A stretch of 48,612 nt of DNA from an uncultured Bacilli bacterium (GTDB taxonomy: Bacteria > Bacillota_I > Bacilli_A > RF39 > UBA660), in the NCBI GenBank assembly GCA_944358235.1, contig CALVQL010000001.1:1-48612 (forward strand), written 5' to 3'. The notes under the pieces were generated by a model that worked only from the letters and a program-made list of their open reading frames with translations, did no database searches and was not told the origin of the DNA. The first letter of the stretch is position 1. Each line of letters begins with the position of its first letter. Made by a program: the position numbers and the translations under genes. This document shows, in pieces, positions 9,104 through 18,742 of this stretch.

Positions 9104-10122
9104 TTTTCCACCTCACTAGCTCGCAATTGCCCACAAGCTGCATCAATATTACGCCCAAATTCTTTACGAATTGTAACGTTTATTCCACGTTTTTTTAAAG
9201 CATCATAAAACTTTAAAATCGTAGTTTTATCACTTTTTTTGAATTGTAGATGACTAGTTTCGTTATAAGGAATGAGATTGACATAGACATTTAATCCTCG
9301 AAGTAAATCCGCTAATTCATTAGCATTTTCGACACTATCATTTACATTATTAAGCATAACATATTCTATTGTCACTCGTCTATTAGTTTTTTTTATATAC
9401 TCATCTATAGACTTAATGAGACTTTCGATATTATATACTTTATTAATAGGCATTAATTCATCTCTAATAAGATTGTTAGGAGCATGGAGACTTATTGCCA
9501 AGTTTGTCTGTAATCCATTGTCTGCATACTCTAAAATCTTAGGAACTAAACCACAAGTAGAAACCGTTATATGACGTGCACCAACAGCAATTCCATACGG
9601 TGAATTAATTATTTCGATAAAACGCATAATATTCTCATAATTGTCAAACGGTTCTCCAATTCCCATGATAACAACACTATCAATTCGTTTTCCATCCACC
9701 TCTTCGATCGCTAGTAACTGACGAACAATTTCTCCACTTTCGAGATTACGAACCTTTTTCAAACGGCCACTTTCACAAAAGCGGCATCCCATATTGCATC
9801 CGACTTGACTAGATACACATACACTACGTCCATAATCATGAATCATCAATACCGCTTCGATGTAATTGCCATCGTCGAGGCGAAACAAATATTTTTTAGT
9901 TAGAGAACTACTCTGGACTTTTTCTATCTTTAAAGGCTTACACGAAAAGTCTGTTTTCAACTTTTCACGCAAATCTTTTTTTAAATTGCTCATTTCATCG
10001 AAATCAAATATACGTTTACGATAAATCCATTCATATACTTGACGGGCTTTATATTTTGCTTCACCAATGTTAGTAAAATATTCTTCTAAATCACTTATCG
10101 TACAGTCAAAAACACTTCTCAT
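9100..10122 (-). CDS. rlmN: 23S rRNA/tRNA (adenine-C2)-methyltransferase, radical SAM
   Basis: YKARQVYEWIY N-terminus, CNMGCRFC radical-SAM cluster, and ACGQL near the C-terminus. Confidence 0.93.
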   Translation of the reverse strand: MRSVFDCTISDLEEYFTNIGEAKYKARQVYEWIYRKRIFDFDEMSNLKKDLREKLKTDFSCKPLKIEKVQSSSLTKKYLFRLDDGNYIEAVLMIHDYGRSVCVSSQVGCNMGCRFCESGRLKKVRNLESGEIVRQLLAIEEVDGKRIDSVVIMGIGEPFDNYENIMRFIEIINSPYGIAVGARHITVSTCGLVPKILEYADNGLQTNLAISLHAPNNLIRDELMPINKVYNIESLIKSIDEYIKKTNRRVTIEYVMLNNVNDSVENANELADLLRGLNVYVNLIPYNETSHLQFKKSDKTTILKFYDALKKRGINVTIRKEFGRNIDAACGQLRASEVEK

Positions 10123-10154
10123 ATTTCCACCCTATTAACATTATAGCAAAAATA

Positions 10155-10186
10155 AGAAAAAAAGAATAGTATTCCAACTATTCTTG
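10155..10186 (-). terminator. rho-independent terminator after the AI-2E transporter gene
   Basis: Minus strand: AAGAATAGT-TGGAAT-ACTATTCTT followed by TTTTTTC. The stem overlaps the stop codon. Confidence 0.65.
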
Positions 10187-11392
10187 AAGTTTAGCCTTCA
10201 CTTTTTTCGTCTCTAATCCGTCAATTTTTGTATAGTACTCAGTTTCTGTTGGCATATTTTTCTTGCGAAGGCGTTTATTTACTTGTTCGACGATTAATTC
10301 ATAGATTATCGTAAAACATGGAACCCCTATTAACAAACCGACAAGTCCAAATAATCCTCCGAATAAAGTTATTGCAAATAAGACCCAAAAACTCGGTAAT
10401 CCCGTAGCTTGTTTTTGAATTCGTGGAGTAATTAAATTGCCATCTGTCTGTTGTAATACAATAATGAATAAGACAAATGTTATAGCTTTAACAGGATTTA
10501 CAAGACAGATTAGTAAAGCACTAGGTACCGTTCCAATGTATGGTCCAAAATATGGAATCAAATCCGTACATCCGATAATTACCGCTATCAAAAGAGCATA
10601 TGGATAATCAAATATAATTAGAAATAGAAATGTAAGTAAAGCGACAATTGATGAATCGCATATTTTACCGATCATAAATTGCCCAAATACATGATTAATA
10701 TGTTTCACTTCATCGATAAATTCGTTTACTTTTTCAACATTAAATATCGAATATAACGTCTTGCGAATTTGCGCTGCAAAAGTATTCGTATTAGCTAAAA
10801 TATAGACAGCAAATACTGTTCCAACAGCAAAATTAAATACAAAAGTAAATACTCCAAAAACCCCACTACTTAAGTTATTAATAGCACTATCGACAAATGG
10901 TAAGACGACATTGTTTAAAGCGTTCATGAGATAGCCCGTTATCGCATCATAATTATCTAAAACCGACTGTTCTAATTCGGAATTGTTATTAAGCCACCCG
11001 ACAATAGCATTTTCTAATTCTTTGACATAATTTGGAACATTGACAATTAATGACTGAATACTCAATAGTAATTCGGGAATAACGATACTTACTAAAGCAG
11101 TTAGTAGTCCGACAATCACAACAATAGTACATAAAATACTCAAATTACGACGCACACTTTTCTTTTCAATACGACTAAAGATTCTCCGTTCAAATAAATG
11201 AACTATAGGATGCATAATGTAAGCCAAAACAAGCCCGAAAATCAATGGCATAAGAATATTAATTATATGCTTAACAAAACCGAAGAGATCTCCTAATCGA
11301 AACAAAAAGAAATAAAACAAAATACTTGCAGCAATGACAGAAAAAGCCATAAGTCCAACCTGTACAACTTTATTATCCAATATTCTTTTCAT
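10178..11392 (-). CDS. AI-2E family transporter (PerM/YtvI-like membrane protein)
   Basis: Multi-pass membrane protein with the characteristic DLIPYFGPYIGTVP segment. Confidence 0.8.
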   Translation of the reverse strand: MKRILDNKVVQVGLMAFSVIAASILFYFFLFRLGDLFGFVKHIINILMPLIFGLVLAYIMHPIVHLFERRIFSRIEKKSVRRNLSILCTIVVIVGLLTALVSIVIPELLLSIQSLIVNVPNYVKELENAIVGWLNNNSELEQSVLDNYDAITGYLMNALNNVVLPFVDSAINNLSSGVFGVFTFVFNFAVGTVFAVYILANTNTFAAQIRKTLYSIFNVEKVNEFIDEVKHINHVFGQFMIGKICDSSIVALLTFLFLIIFDYPYALLIAVIIGCTDLIPYFGPYIGTVPSALLICLVNPVKAITFVLFIIVLQQTDGNLITPRIQKQATGLPSFWVLFAITLFGGLFGLVGLLIGVPCFTIIYELIVEQVNKRLRKKNMPTETEYYTKIDGLETKKVKAKLQE

Positions 11393-11487
11393 TTTCTCAC
11401 CTGATTATATTATAAAGAAGATTTAAAAAAATGTAAACAACATAGAATAAATAAATCATCTATGGTTAAAATAATACGGGTGATTAA

Positions 11488-12867
11488 ATGAATTTTTTAG
11501 AACTAGTTCAAGAAGAATATAAAGAAATTAGCGATCTCGTAATCAAACCTATAAAAGGTATTCATTTAATCTATTTAGAAACTCTAGCCGATCAAGATAA
11601 AATCAACGACTATATCTTAAAAGCTGTAGCTAGCAAACGTATTATAACAGATATCAAAAAAGTACTTCCCAGTCCAAATGTCAAAGATATAAAGAATTAT
11701 AAAGAATTAAAGTTATATTTAGAAACTGGGTTTACAATCGTCTTAACTGATAATGAAGCGATTGCCATTGAAACTAAAGCAAATATAACTCGTTCAATCG
11801 ATACTCCAAGTACCGAACCGACAATATTCGGACCAAAGGATTCCCTAACCGAAAATTATCAGATTAATCTCGGTTTAATAAAACGGCGTATCAAATCTAA
11901 TCACCTAAAAAATGAAGTTACGTATATTGGCCGTTTTACGAAGACTTTAATTAGTACTTTATATATCGACAATGTTGCTGAAAAGGAGTTAGTCGATCAA
12001 GTTCGCGAAAAAATGCAAAATATCGTCATCGATGGTATAAACGATATCGGAGAATTAAAACAATTCCTCGTAAAAGAAACGAAAAATGTCTTTCCCGCTT
12101 TTAAAATGACCGAACGTCCAGATATTATAGCGAAGTCGCTCTTGGAAGGAAAAATAGTTATCTTAATGGATACTTCTCCTTATGCCTTGATAATACCATC
12201 TTTTTTAGCAGATTTTATCAACCCAGTATCTGATGACTATACCAAAAACATAAATGTCAACTTTTTAAAAATATTACGTTTTTTATGTTTCTTTTTATCG
12301 ATAATAACTCCGGCTTTTTATGTTGCCATTACGACATTCAATCAAGAGACAATTCCTACTAGTTTACTAATTAATTTTCAAGCACAACGCGAAGGAGTCC
12401 CCTTTCCTGCGGTTATCGAATGTCTTATAACTTTGATAATATGTGAAATATTGCGCGAAAGTGATACGCGATTTCCCTCTAGTTATGGGTCAGCGATTTC
12501 TATATTAGGAGCTTTGGTACTAGGAGATGCTGCGGTATCAGCAGGGATTGTCTCGCCGATAATGATTATCGTTATTGCTATTACATTTATTTCGAGTTTA
12601 ATATTTACCGATCTGGAAATAATAAATGCTATCAGACACTGGCGATTTTTCTTTTTAGTAGTATGTAGTATATATGGTCTTTATGGTATAGGTCTTTCGC
12701 TGATCTTCTTCATTGCAAATATGTCAAATTATGAGGTATTTAATAAACCTTATTTCTATCCGATTTCACCGTTTGATCCGTCTTATATAAAAGAAACACT
12801 ATTTAAAATGCGAAATACACGTCGTAGTAAAATATTAAGTCATAATAAATATAAGGGGGAAGCATGA
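11488..12867 (+). CDS. spore germination protein, GerA family A subunit
   Basis: About 460 aa. Soluble N-domain with PSTEPTIFGPKDSLTENYQINLGLIKRRIK, then a C-terminal membrane domain (REGVPFPAVIECLI...), typical of the GerAA/GerKA family. Confidence 0.88.
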   Translation: MNFLELVQEEYKEISDLVIKPIKGIHLIYLETLADQDKINDYILKAVASKRIITDIKKVLPSPNVKDIKNYKELKLYLETGFTIVLTDNEAIAIETKANITRSIDTPSTEPTIFGPKDSLTENYQINLGLIKRRIKSNHLKNEVTYIGRFTKTLISTLYIDNVAEKELVDQVREKMQNIVIDGINDIGELKQFLVKETKNVFPAFKMTERPDIIAKSLLEGKIVILMDTSPYALIIPSFLADFINPVSDDYTKNINVNFLKILRFLCFFLSIITPAFYVAITTFNQETIPTSLLINFQAQREGVPFPAVIECLITLIICEILRESDTRFPSSYGSAISILGALVLGDAAVSAGIVSPIMIIVIAITFISSLIFTDLEIINAIRHWRFFFLVVCSIYGLYGIGLSLIFFIANMSNYEVFNKPYFYPISPFDPSYIKETLFKMRNTRRSKILSHNKYKGEA

Positions 12868-13826
12868 AAAAACTGATATTATTATTTATAACTCTATTTT
12901 TGGTGACCGGCTGTTATAATTATCACGATTTAAACGAATTAGGAATCGCTTCATCGATTTTAATCGATTATACTGATCAGTTTGAAGTTACGGTCGAAAT
13001 ATTAGAAGATGAAAAATCCGAAACTTATAAGGGAAGTGGCAAAACTCTCGATAATGCTTTTAACAATATCATACTAGGTACCGAAAGAGATCTTTATTAT
13101 AATCATTTAGATGCCATAATATTGACGGAAAATGTGAATGTAAAAGATATTATAAGTTATTTCATGCGTAATCCGGAAGTCAATAATACATTTTATCTCG
13201 TAATAACTGAAACGACCGATATTTATAAAGAAGATAAATTCGGCAAAACTCTTAGTAATATCTTAAAACGTGATAATATGAGTAATTTTTTCGATATTAC
13301 TCAAACACTGTTTGAAGAAAATCAAGATATGGCAATCCCCTATTTAAATAGACAGTTAAAAATTGAAAGTATTGCTGCTTATGATGAGCAATCTATCGCT
13401 TTTAATTTAAGTTTGGAAGAAATCGATATATACAAGCTTTTAACCAATAACACAGGAAGTAACATAGTTACGTCTTATGAAGGAGAAAATGTCGAGATAA
13501 AAGTCAACGAAATTACTACTAAATATAAATTGAATGATGAGATAAAGATCGCCATCGAATTAGAAGCTAGCCTCGTCGAAATAGATCAAACAATTGACAC
13601 ATCAAATTTAGATACGATAGCAAAAATTGAAGAGTCGTTAAATAAAGAAATAGTTAAACAAACTGCTACTTTTATCGATAAATTAAAATATACAAAAAGC
13701 GATATTTTAGGAATTGATAAAATGCTTTACAATAAATTTCACAATCTTTTAAAGACATTCGAAGATTATAATTACGAAATAGAAGTTAAGACGCATATAA
13801 ATAAGAAAGGATTACTTCTAAAATGA
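12864..13826 (+). CDS. Ger(x)C family germination lipoprotein
   Basis: Lipobox LFLVTGC near the N-terminus, size about 320 aa, and a start overlapping the A-subunit stop (ATGA). Confidence 0.75.
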   Translation: MKKLILLFITLFLVTGCYNYHDLNELGIASSILIDYTDQFEVTVEILEDEKSETYKGSGKTLDNAFNNIILGTERDLYYNHLDAIILTENVNVKDIISYFMRNPEVNNTFYLVITETTDIYKEDKFGKTLSNILKRDNMSNFFDITQTLFEENQDMAIPYLNRQLKIESIAAYDEQSIAFNLSLEEIDIYKLLTNNTGSNIVTSYEGENVEIKVNEITTKYKLNDEIKIAIELEASLVEIDQTIDTSNLDTIAKIEESLNKEIVKQTATFIDKLKYTKSDILGIDKMLYNKFHNLLKTFEDYNYEIEVKTHINKKGLLLK

Positions 13827-14767
13827 AACGAGAATTCAACATTTTAAATTACCTAAATTCACGAGCTTTATTCATGGGAATTGGTCTTTCAAAATTATTG
13901 ATTCAGGCTCACGAATATATTTGGATATCATTAATATTAGGAACAATTATTGGTGCTATTCTAATTCACTTTGTGAAATTCAAGATGAAAAAATCATTAT
14001 TAAATGTCGTGATTTGTTCTATCCTATTTGTAATTGGTTTAAATATTTTGATAAATATGATATCGACGATGTATTTAACAGAGATGCCGAAATTACTTGT
14101 CGGTATACCAATTATATTACTCGTAATGTACATTCTTAATAAACGAGAAGTAATTATCTATCGTGTCGCCAATATCTTGTTCGTTTTAAACATATTCTTG
14201 TACGTCGTAGCGATGTTATCATTAGTAAGTGATTTTCATTTAGAAAATTTCACATATTCTAATACTCCAATTCAAAATGTCATCTTCTCAGCTTTAGAAT
14301 TTGCCTTGTTTTCGACTTTACCGACATTAATTACTCGGGATGAGAATACTGCTAACATCTCATTAGTTAAAACATATATAATATCAGCAATAACTATGGG
14401 AACCTGGTTCTTGCTAACATATGGGATTTTAGGAGCAAATCTAGTGGATATTTATCGTTATCCAGAATATATCATTCTCAAAAAAATATCCATTATGAAC
14501 TTCTTAGAAAACATCGAGAATATAGTATCTTTCGTCTGGCTTTTCGATATAATAATATTTTTATTGTGTAATGGCAATGCAATTAAAAAGAATGTCGATA
14601 ACCCCAAAGTTATCAACATATTACTACCGATACTATTACTAATAACCGCCTTTATTAACCGTTTCTATATCCTAATTTTATATATTTATAAATATTCCTC
14701 AATAATCTTGTTAATATTAGCAATATTATTATTTGTTGCCAATAAAAAACGTCATCAGACATCATGA
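13823..14767 (+). CDS. putative germinant receptor B subunit (GerAB-like permease), short and divergent
   Basis: Polytopic membrane protein translationally coupled to the C subunit. The N-terminal SRALFMGIGLSKLL...YIWISLILGTIIGAILI pattern resembles GerAB-type proteins. At 314 aa it is shorter than the usual length of about 360 aa. Confidence 0.55.
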   Translation: MKREFNILNYLNSRALFMGIGLSKLLIQAHEYIWISLILGTIIGAILIHFVKFKMKKSLLNVVICSILFVIGLNILINMISTMYLTEMPKLLVGIPIILLVMYILNKREVIIYRVANILFVLNIFLYVVAMLSLVSDFHLENFTYSNTPIQNVIFSALEFALFSTLPTLITRDENTANISLVKTYIISAITMGTWFLLTYGILGANLVDIYRYPEYIILKKISIMNFLENIENIVSFVWLFDIIIFLLCNGNAIKKNVDNPKVINILLPILLLITAFINRFYILILYIYKYSSIILLILAILLFVANKKRHQTS

Positions 14768-14780
14768 TGGCGTTTTATTA
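14743..14780. terminator. bidirectional terminator shared by convergent, overlapping gene ends
   Basis: 12-bp stem aaaacgtcatca / tgatggcgtttt (one G-U pair) with a 7-nt loop. Both stop codons (14765-14767 plus strand, 14755-14757 minus strand) sit inside the hairpin. Confidence 0.6.
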
Positions 14781-15111
14781 AGCCAAATACGATCGCTAGG
14801 ATATGAGAAATATAAAGAATACCCGAAAAATACATCATATTAAAAGTAACTGAATTCATAATTTGATAGATTGATGAAAATACAAATAGACAACCAAAGT
14901 ATATTATATATAATATCCAAAAAATAACGTCGACAGTTGAAAAACTAGCTCTTTTACGATATAGATAAGCAATGCAAAGATAACTTAAAAATATAACGAT
15001 AAGAAGTGGTATTGAAATATATATATTCATAAAAGTTACAATATAATTTCCCAAAATTAATATACCTATTAGTAGATTTAAATAGAAAAAAATATCAACT
15101 AGACGTTTCAT
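14755..15111 (-). CDS. hypothetical small polytopic membrane protein
   Basis: 118 aa with about four hydrophobic segments. ATGA overlap with the upstream 186-aa gene. Confidence 0.55.
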   Translation of the reverse strand: MKRLVDIFFYLNLLIGILILGNYIVTFMNIYISIPLLIVIFLSYLCIAYLYRKRASFSTVDVIFWILYIIYFGCLFVFSSIYQIMNSVTFNMMYFSGILYISHILAIVFGLIKRHHDV

Positions 15112-15668
15112 TTTATCACCTCAATCAAGTCTCTTAAAACCATTATTTCCCAACTTTTTGTCGTATATGTTCCAGTTTGTTCGTGAGACTTTCGTAAGTT
15201 GTTGCGATTATAGAAGTCTTCTATGGTAAACTCATGTGATAGTTGATAACGGTTATATTGTTCCTCTGGAAATACAGTAGCACTTAAAGCTTTTACATAT
15301 ATTTCATCAGTATCATCTTCAATACTACATTGATTCACTACTCGTTCGTAGTAATCCGTAAATTTAAGATCTTCAGCATAATAACTACTCACATATTCGC
15401 GAAGAGAAACCGTTCCATCAGAGAAATGCGTCGCATTGATACGATCAACCATCGAAAATAAAGCTTCTTGACATTCCTCACTAGTATCGAGAGCATTAAT
15501 ATCATCATTGAGTTTAGTAATTACTTTCGAGTAACTTGATATATCTTTGACATTTATGTCGCTATTTCGCTTTATAAATATATTTATCATAAATAATATC
15601 GTCAATGTTACAATACAGATAAAAATTCCCAATAAGACATATTTAATACGTTGCATATACTTCACCAA
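15108..15668 (-). CDS. hypothetical membrane-anchored protein
   Basis: 186 aa with a single N-terminal TM segment (YVLLGIFICIVTLTILFMINIFI) followed by a soluble domain. No recognised motif. Confidence 0.55.
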   Translation of the reverse strand: MVKYMQRIKYVLLGIFICIVTLTILFMINIFIKRNSDINVKDISSYSKVITKLNDDINALDTSEECQEALFSMVDRINATHFSDGTVSLREYVSSYYAEDLKFTDYYERVVNQCSIEDDTDEIYVKALSATVFPEEQYNRYQLSHEFTIEDFYNRNNLRKSHEQTGTYTTKSWEIMVLRDLIEVIK

Positions 15669-15692
15669 TTACAGTATATCATATTTTGGCGA

Positions 15693-15721
15693 TACAAAAA
15701 AAATCAGATATTATCTGATTT
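15693..15721 (-). terminator. rho-independent terminator after the 423-aa gene
   Basis: Minus strand: AAATCAGATA-A-TATCTGATTT followed by a T8 run. Confidence 0.7.
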
Positions 15722-16991
15722 AAGTAATTAACGTATCATCAACCGAATAGCACTCCCCTAATCCTGTAAATTCGCATACTTTCTGTTTCGATGATGCTGA
15801 AAGGTTAAAAGCACTTTCCTTATAAGCTCTAATTGTACTAGAAGAGGCATTATAATCGCCGAATTTTGTGACATTGTATCCCGAAATCATAAATATATCG
15901 TTTGTAAGATATAAATAGTATTGAGGTATAGTCGTATCGCGATTATCAACTAATATATATCCTCGCATCGAGACATCTTTATCATATGATATATCCGTAG
16001 TAATATCGTAGATATAAATTCTCGCCGATAAATTACGATTCGTAAAATCCGTTTCAACTAATTTAGTCACATCTTTTGAAAACGTACTAAAATTATCTTT
16101 TCCCCCGTTTTCGACGTATTTGAGTGAAGAAAAAGATTCACAATCTTTACGGGTATAGTTTTCACAGACAGTTTCATCATCTAAATTATTGACGTATGCG
16201 GCATCATAGTCGACGATATCGTTCTTAGATAACTGTTGTTTTGTTGCGTTAAAATTTTGCACCATATATCTAGTATTATAAATCGTATAGACAAATTCCA
16301 ACTGACTTATATCTGTCGCATCGATTAATATATAACCATTCAGTTCCTGTTCTTCAGTTGTATTCATAGTCGATAAATCATATATATAATATCCACTTTC
16401 ATTTATACCATTTAAGGCATCGATATTATTTAAAAGATCAGTTTCCACTTTTTCAATATTTTGCATAAAAATATCTTTTTCCGACAAATTACTGATAACA
16501 TTAAGTGTTGCTTTAAATATAGTCATAGTATTTTCCATATTTGCTTTAAATGAAAGTTTGATGTATACCTTACTATTTTTATCGACAGGAATATTATAAC
16601 CTAAATTAGTATCGCCAGAAATTCGAGTATCGCTTGTTAGTTCATGATATTTTCCATCTATTTCACTAGCGTAAGAAATATCATATGTCAAACGTTCATT
16701 ATTTATCTCAACAGAATCCAAAGATACAGCAAATGACATTACTACATCATTCGGATTTGATACTTCGATATATTTGGTAATCTCGTTACCATAAGAAAGT
16801 TCTGTATCAATAAGATTTCCCTCATAATAAAGAATATTTAAAGTCATATCATTTATTGTAAGTTCGGTTTTAGAATCTGCTACTAAAGAGGGATTCCCCT
16901 CTTCTTCATCCCAAAACATCGATATGCTATATCCCAATATCGAGATGATTACAACACCAATTATAAGCATCGTAATATTTTTTTTCTTCAT
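15720..16991 (-). CDS. hypothetical N-terminally anchored extracytoplasmic protein with an internal duplication
   Basis: N-terminal TM segment (ITMLIIGVVIISILGYSISMF). Two copies of a module of about 70 aa: YIYDLSTMNTTEEQELNGYILIDATD...YNTRYMVQNFNATK and IYIYDITTDISYDKDVSMRGYILVDNRD...TNDIFMISGYNVTK. Confidence 0.6.
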   Translation of the reverse strand: MKKKNITMLIIGVVIISILGYSISMFWDEEEGNPSLVADSKTELTINDMTLNILYYEGNLIDTELSYGNEITKYIEVSNPNDVVMSFAVSLDSVEINNERLTYDISYASEIDGKYHELTSDTRISGDTNLGYNIPVDKNSKVYIKLSFKANMENTMTIFKATLNVISNLSEKDIFMQNIEKVETDLLNNIDALNGINESGYYIYDLSTMNTTEEQELNGYILIDATDISQLEFVYTIYNTRYMVQNFNATKQQLSKNDIVDYDAAYVNNLDDETVCENYTRKDCESFSSLKYVENGGKDNFSTFSKDVTKLVETDFTNRNLSARIYIYDITTDISYDKDVSMRGYILVDNRDTTIPQYYLYLTNDIFMISGYNVTKFGDYNASSSTIRAYKESAFNLSASSKQKVCEFTGLGECYSVDDTLIT

Positions 16992-17038
16992 ACCATCACC
17001 CTACTATAATTATATAGTAGATATTCGTTTTTAACAAG

Positions 17039-17362
17039 TTAGTCTTTTACTTTAAAGATCATTGTAATCAAAAAAGCCATGAGAATTGCAGATACTATTC
17101 CAACGGAAACGCCGCTTAACATATTGAGAACTCCGCTCTCAATTGCTGTCTTATATAAAGTATTGCCAAATGACATGATTATTACGCTAGCGCCATTACC
17201 AAATAAAGCTATCATCTTATCATATATTCCTAAAAATCCGAGTAATGCTCCTAGACTGACAAATAAGCTAGTTATGTGCCCACTAGTAAGGCGAGTATTG
17301 TCTTTAATAATTTGTGCGATCATACAAATAAGTCCTGTAAAAATAAACGATTTAATTATCAT
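17039..17362 (-). CDS. spoVAE: stage V sporulation protein AE (SpoVAEb-type)
   Basis: About 107-aa membrane protein, TSGHITSLFVSLGALLG motif, position after spoVAD. Confidence 0.85.
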   Translation of the reverse strand: MIIKSFIFTGLICMIAQIIKDNTRLTSGHITSLFVSLGALLGFLGIYDKMIALFGNGASVIIMSFGNTLYKTAIESGVLNMLSGVSVGIVSAILMAFLITMIFKVKD

Positions 17363-18321
17363 GATTCCACCTCGATTTCGACGACATGAGCTATGGCTGG
17401 TATACTGTTTTTCTGATTTATTAGGGTCGGATTATGCAGAGCACCAGTTCCAACAATTAAAATTTTCTTATAACGTTTTTGACGGATTATTTTGCTAAAT
17501 AATACTAGTGGTAAAACGGATGGCCCACTTCCGCCGGTATATTTGTTTTGGCTTTCCTTATAAATCATCGTTCCGGCATCATATATATTATCTGTACTAA
17601 TTTTAAAGTCGCGTTTTAATACTTCGTTTAATAGCTCAATACCTAATGTACCAAGATCGCCGGTGAGAATAATGTCATAATCTTTTGCTCTTTTATTCAT
17701 GTTAAATAAATGAGCGTTTATTGCCGAGGCCGCAGCCGGTGCCATTACTGCTCCCATATTATAGACATCTGTTATTCCATAATCGACGACAGATCCGATT
17801 GTTGCGCTGATGATTTTATATTTACTGGGAATATTGGAGATTATAGCACCGACAGCTGCAGTTGTTGTCGATGTCGTATAACAGGCTTTTAAAGCCCCAT
17901 ATTCAACGGGAAAGCGAAATTGACGTTCACTAGTAAGATTATGTGAACTAGTAAGAACACATATTTTATCGACATTGTTATTCATAATTAGATTGGAAGC
18001 CAGGAGTAATCCTTCGACAAATGTCGAACATGCATTATATATTCCCAAAAAGGATTTAGGAAAATCACGCATACAAGTATTTATCGTTCCAAGTTGGTTG
18101 GATAGATCACCACCAATAACTAAGTCAAAATCCGTCTTACTAAGCAAGTTATTTAAAACGGTCTTTTGCATCTTAACTTCGGCAGCTTCAAGAGTTTTTT
18201 CACCATAATAAAAATCTTTTAAATACATGTCAATATTCGAAAGGCGTCCCTTTCGTTCGTCATCACCAGCAAGAGTAAACCAATGATTTATATATGTATT
18301 TTTAAATTTTAAAGTAAGCAT
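17359..18321 (-). CDS. spoVAD: stage V sporulation protein AD
   Basis: Thiolase-like fold protein of about 320 aa (GGDLSNQ..., TGALHNPT) in the conserved spoVAC-AD-AE order. Confidence 0.88.
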   Translation of the reverse strand: MLTLKFKNTYINHWFTLAGDDERKGRLSNIDMYLKDFYYGEKTLEAAEVKMQKTVLNNLLSKTDFDLVIGGDLSNQLGTINTCMRDFPKSFLGIYNACSTFVEGLLLASNLIMNNNVDKICVLTSSHNLTSERQFRFPVEYGALKACYTTSTTTAAVGAIISNIPSKYKIISATIGSVVDYGITDVYNMGAVMAPAAASAINAHLFNMNKRAKDYDIILTGDLGTLGIELLNEVLKRDFKISTDNIYDAGTMIYKESQNKYTGGSGPSVLPLVLFSKIIRQKRYKKILIVGTGALHNPTLINQKNSIPAIAHVVEIEVES

Positions 18322-18710
18322 AATAAACCTCGCAATCCAGCTAAAATTGCTGCGGATACGATACCATATAAAATGACGGATCCGGCAAGCTTAAAATAAT
18401 TAGCACCAATTCCTGTGACTAATCCTTCCTTTTTATATTCTAAGGATGCACTTGTTACAGAATGCGAAAAACCAGTTATGGGAATAACAATCCCCATCTT
18501 CAATTTGTCTACCAAAGAGTCAAAAACACCAAAACCAGTTAATATCGATGATAGAACGATCCAAATAACGAGCATGGTCTGTACATCAAAACAACTTACT
18601 AAAAGATGCGATATAGACCCCATAACACCACCGGTTAAAAAAGCAACGATGCAATTTTTCCAACGATTCTCCTTGGGTGTCATCTTTTCCACTAATTCTT
18701 TATACGTCAT
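18309..18710 (-). CDS. spoVAC: stage V sporulation protein AC
   Basis: Membrane protein with AFLTGGVMGSI and PITGFSHSV segments. Start set at ATG 18708-18710 (MTYKELVEK), 9 nt after GGAGG. The track start at 18725 overlaps that RBS. Confidence 0.85.
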   Translation of the reverse strand: MTYKELVEKMTPKENRWKNCIVAFLTGGVMGSISHLLVSCFDVQTMLVIWIVLSSILTGFGVFDSLVDKLKMGIVIPITGFSHSVTSASLEYKKEGLVTGIGANYFKLAGSVILYGIVSAAILAGLRGLLCLL

Positions 18711-18742
18711 ATTAAAAACCTCCATTTTTATTATGGAGGTTT

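Noticed and set aside
13921-14139. 72-aa plus-strand ORF within the GerAB-like gene
   Set aside because: It is an alternative frame of a longer, translationally coupled membrane-protein gene. No independent signals.
17079-17498. 139-aa plus-strand ORF across spoVAE/spoVAD
   Set aside because: It is antisense to two well-supported sporulation genes and spans their junction. This is typical of chance open frames in AT-rich DNA.
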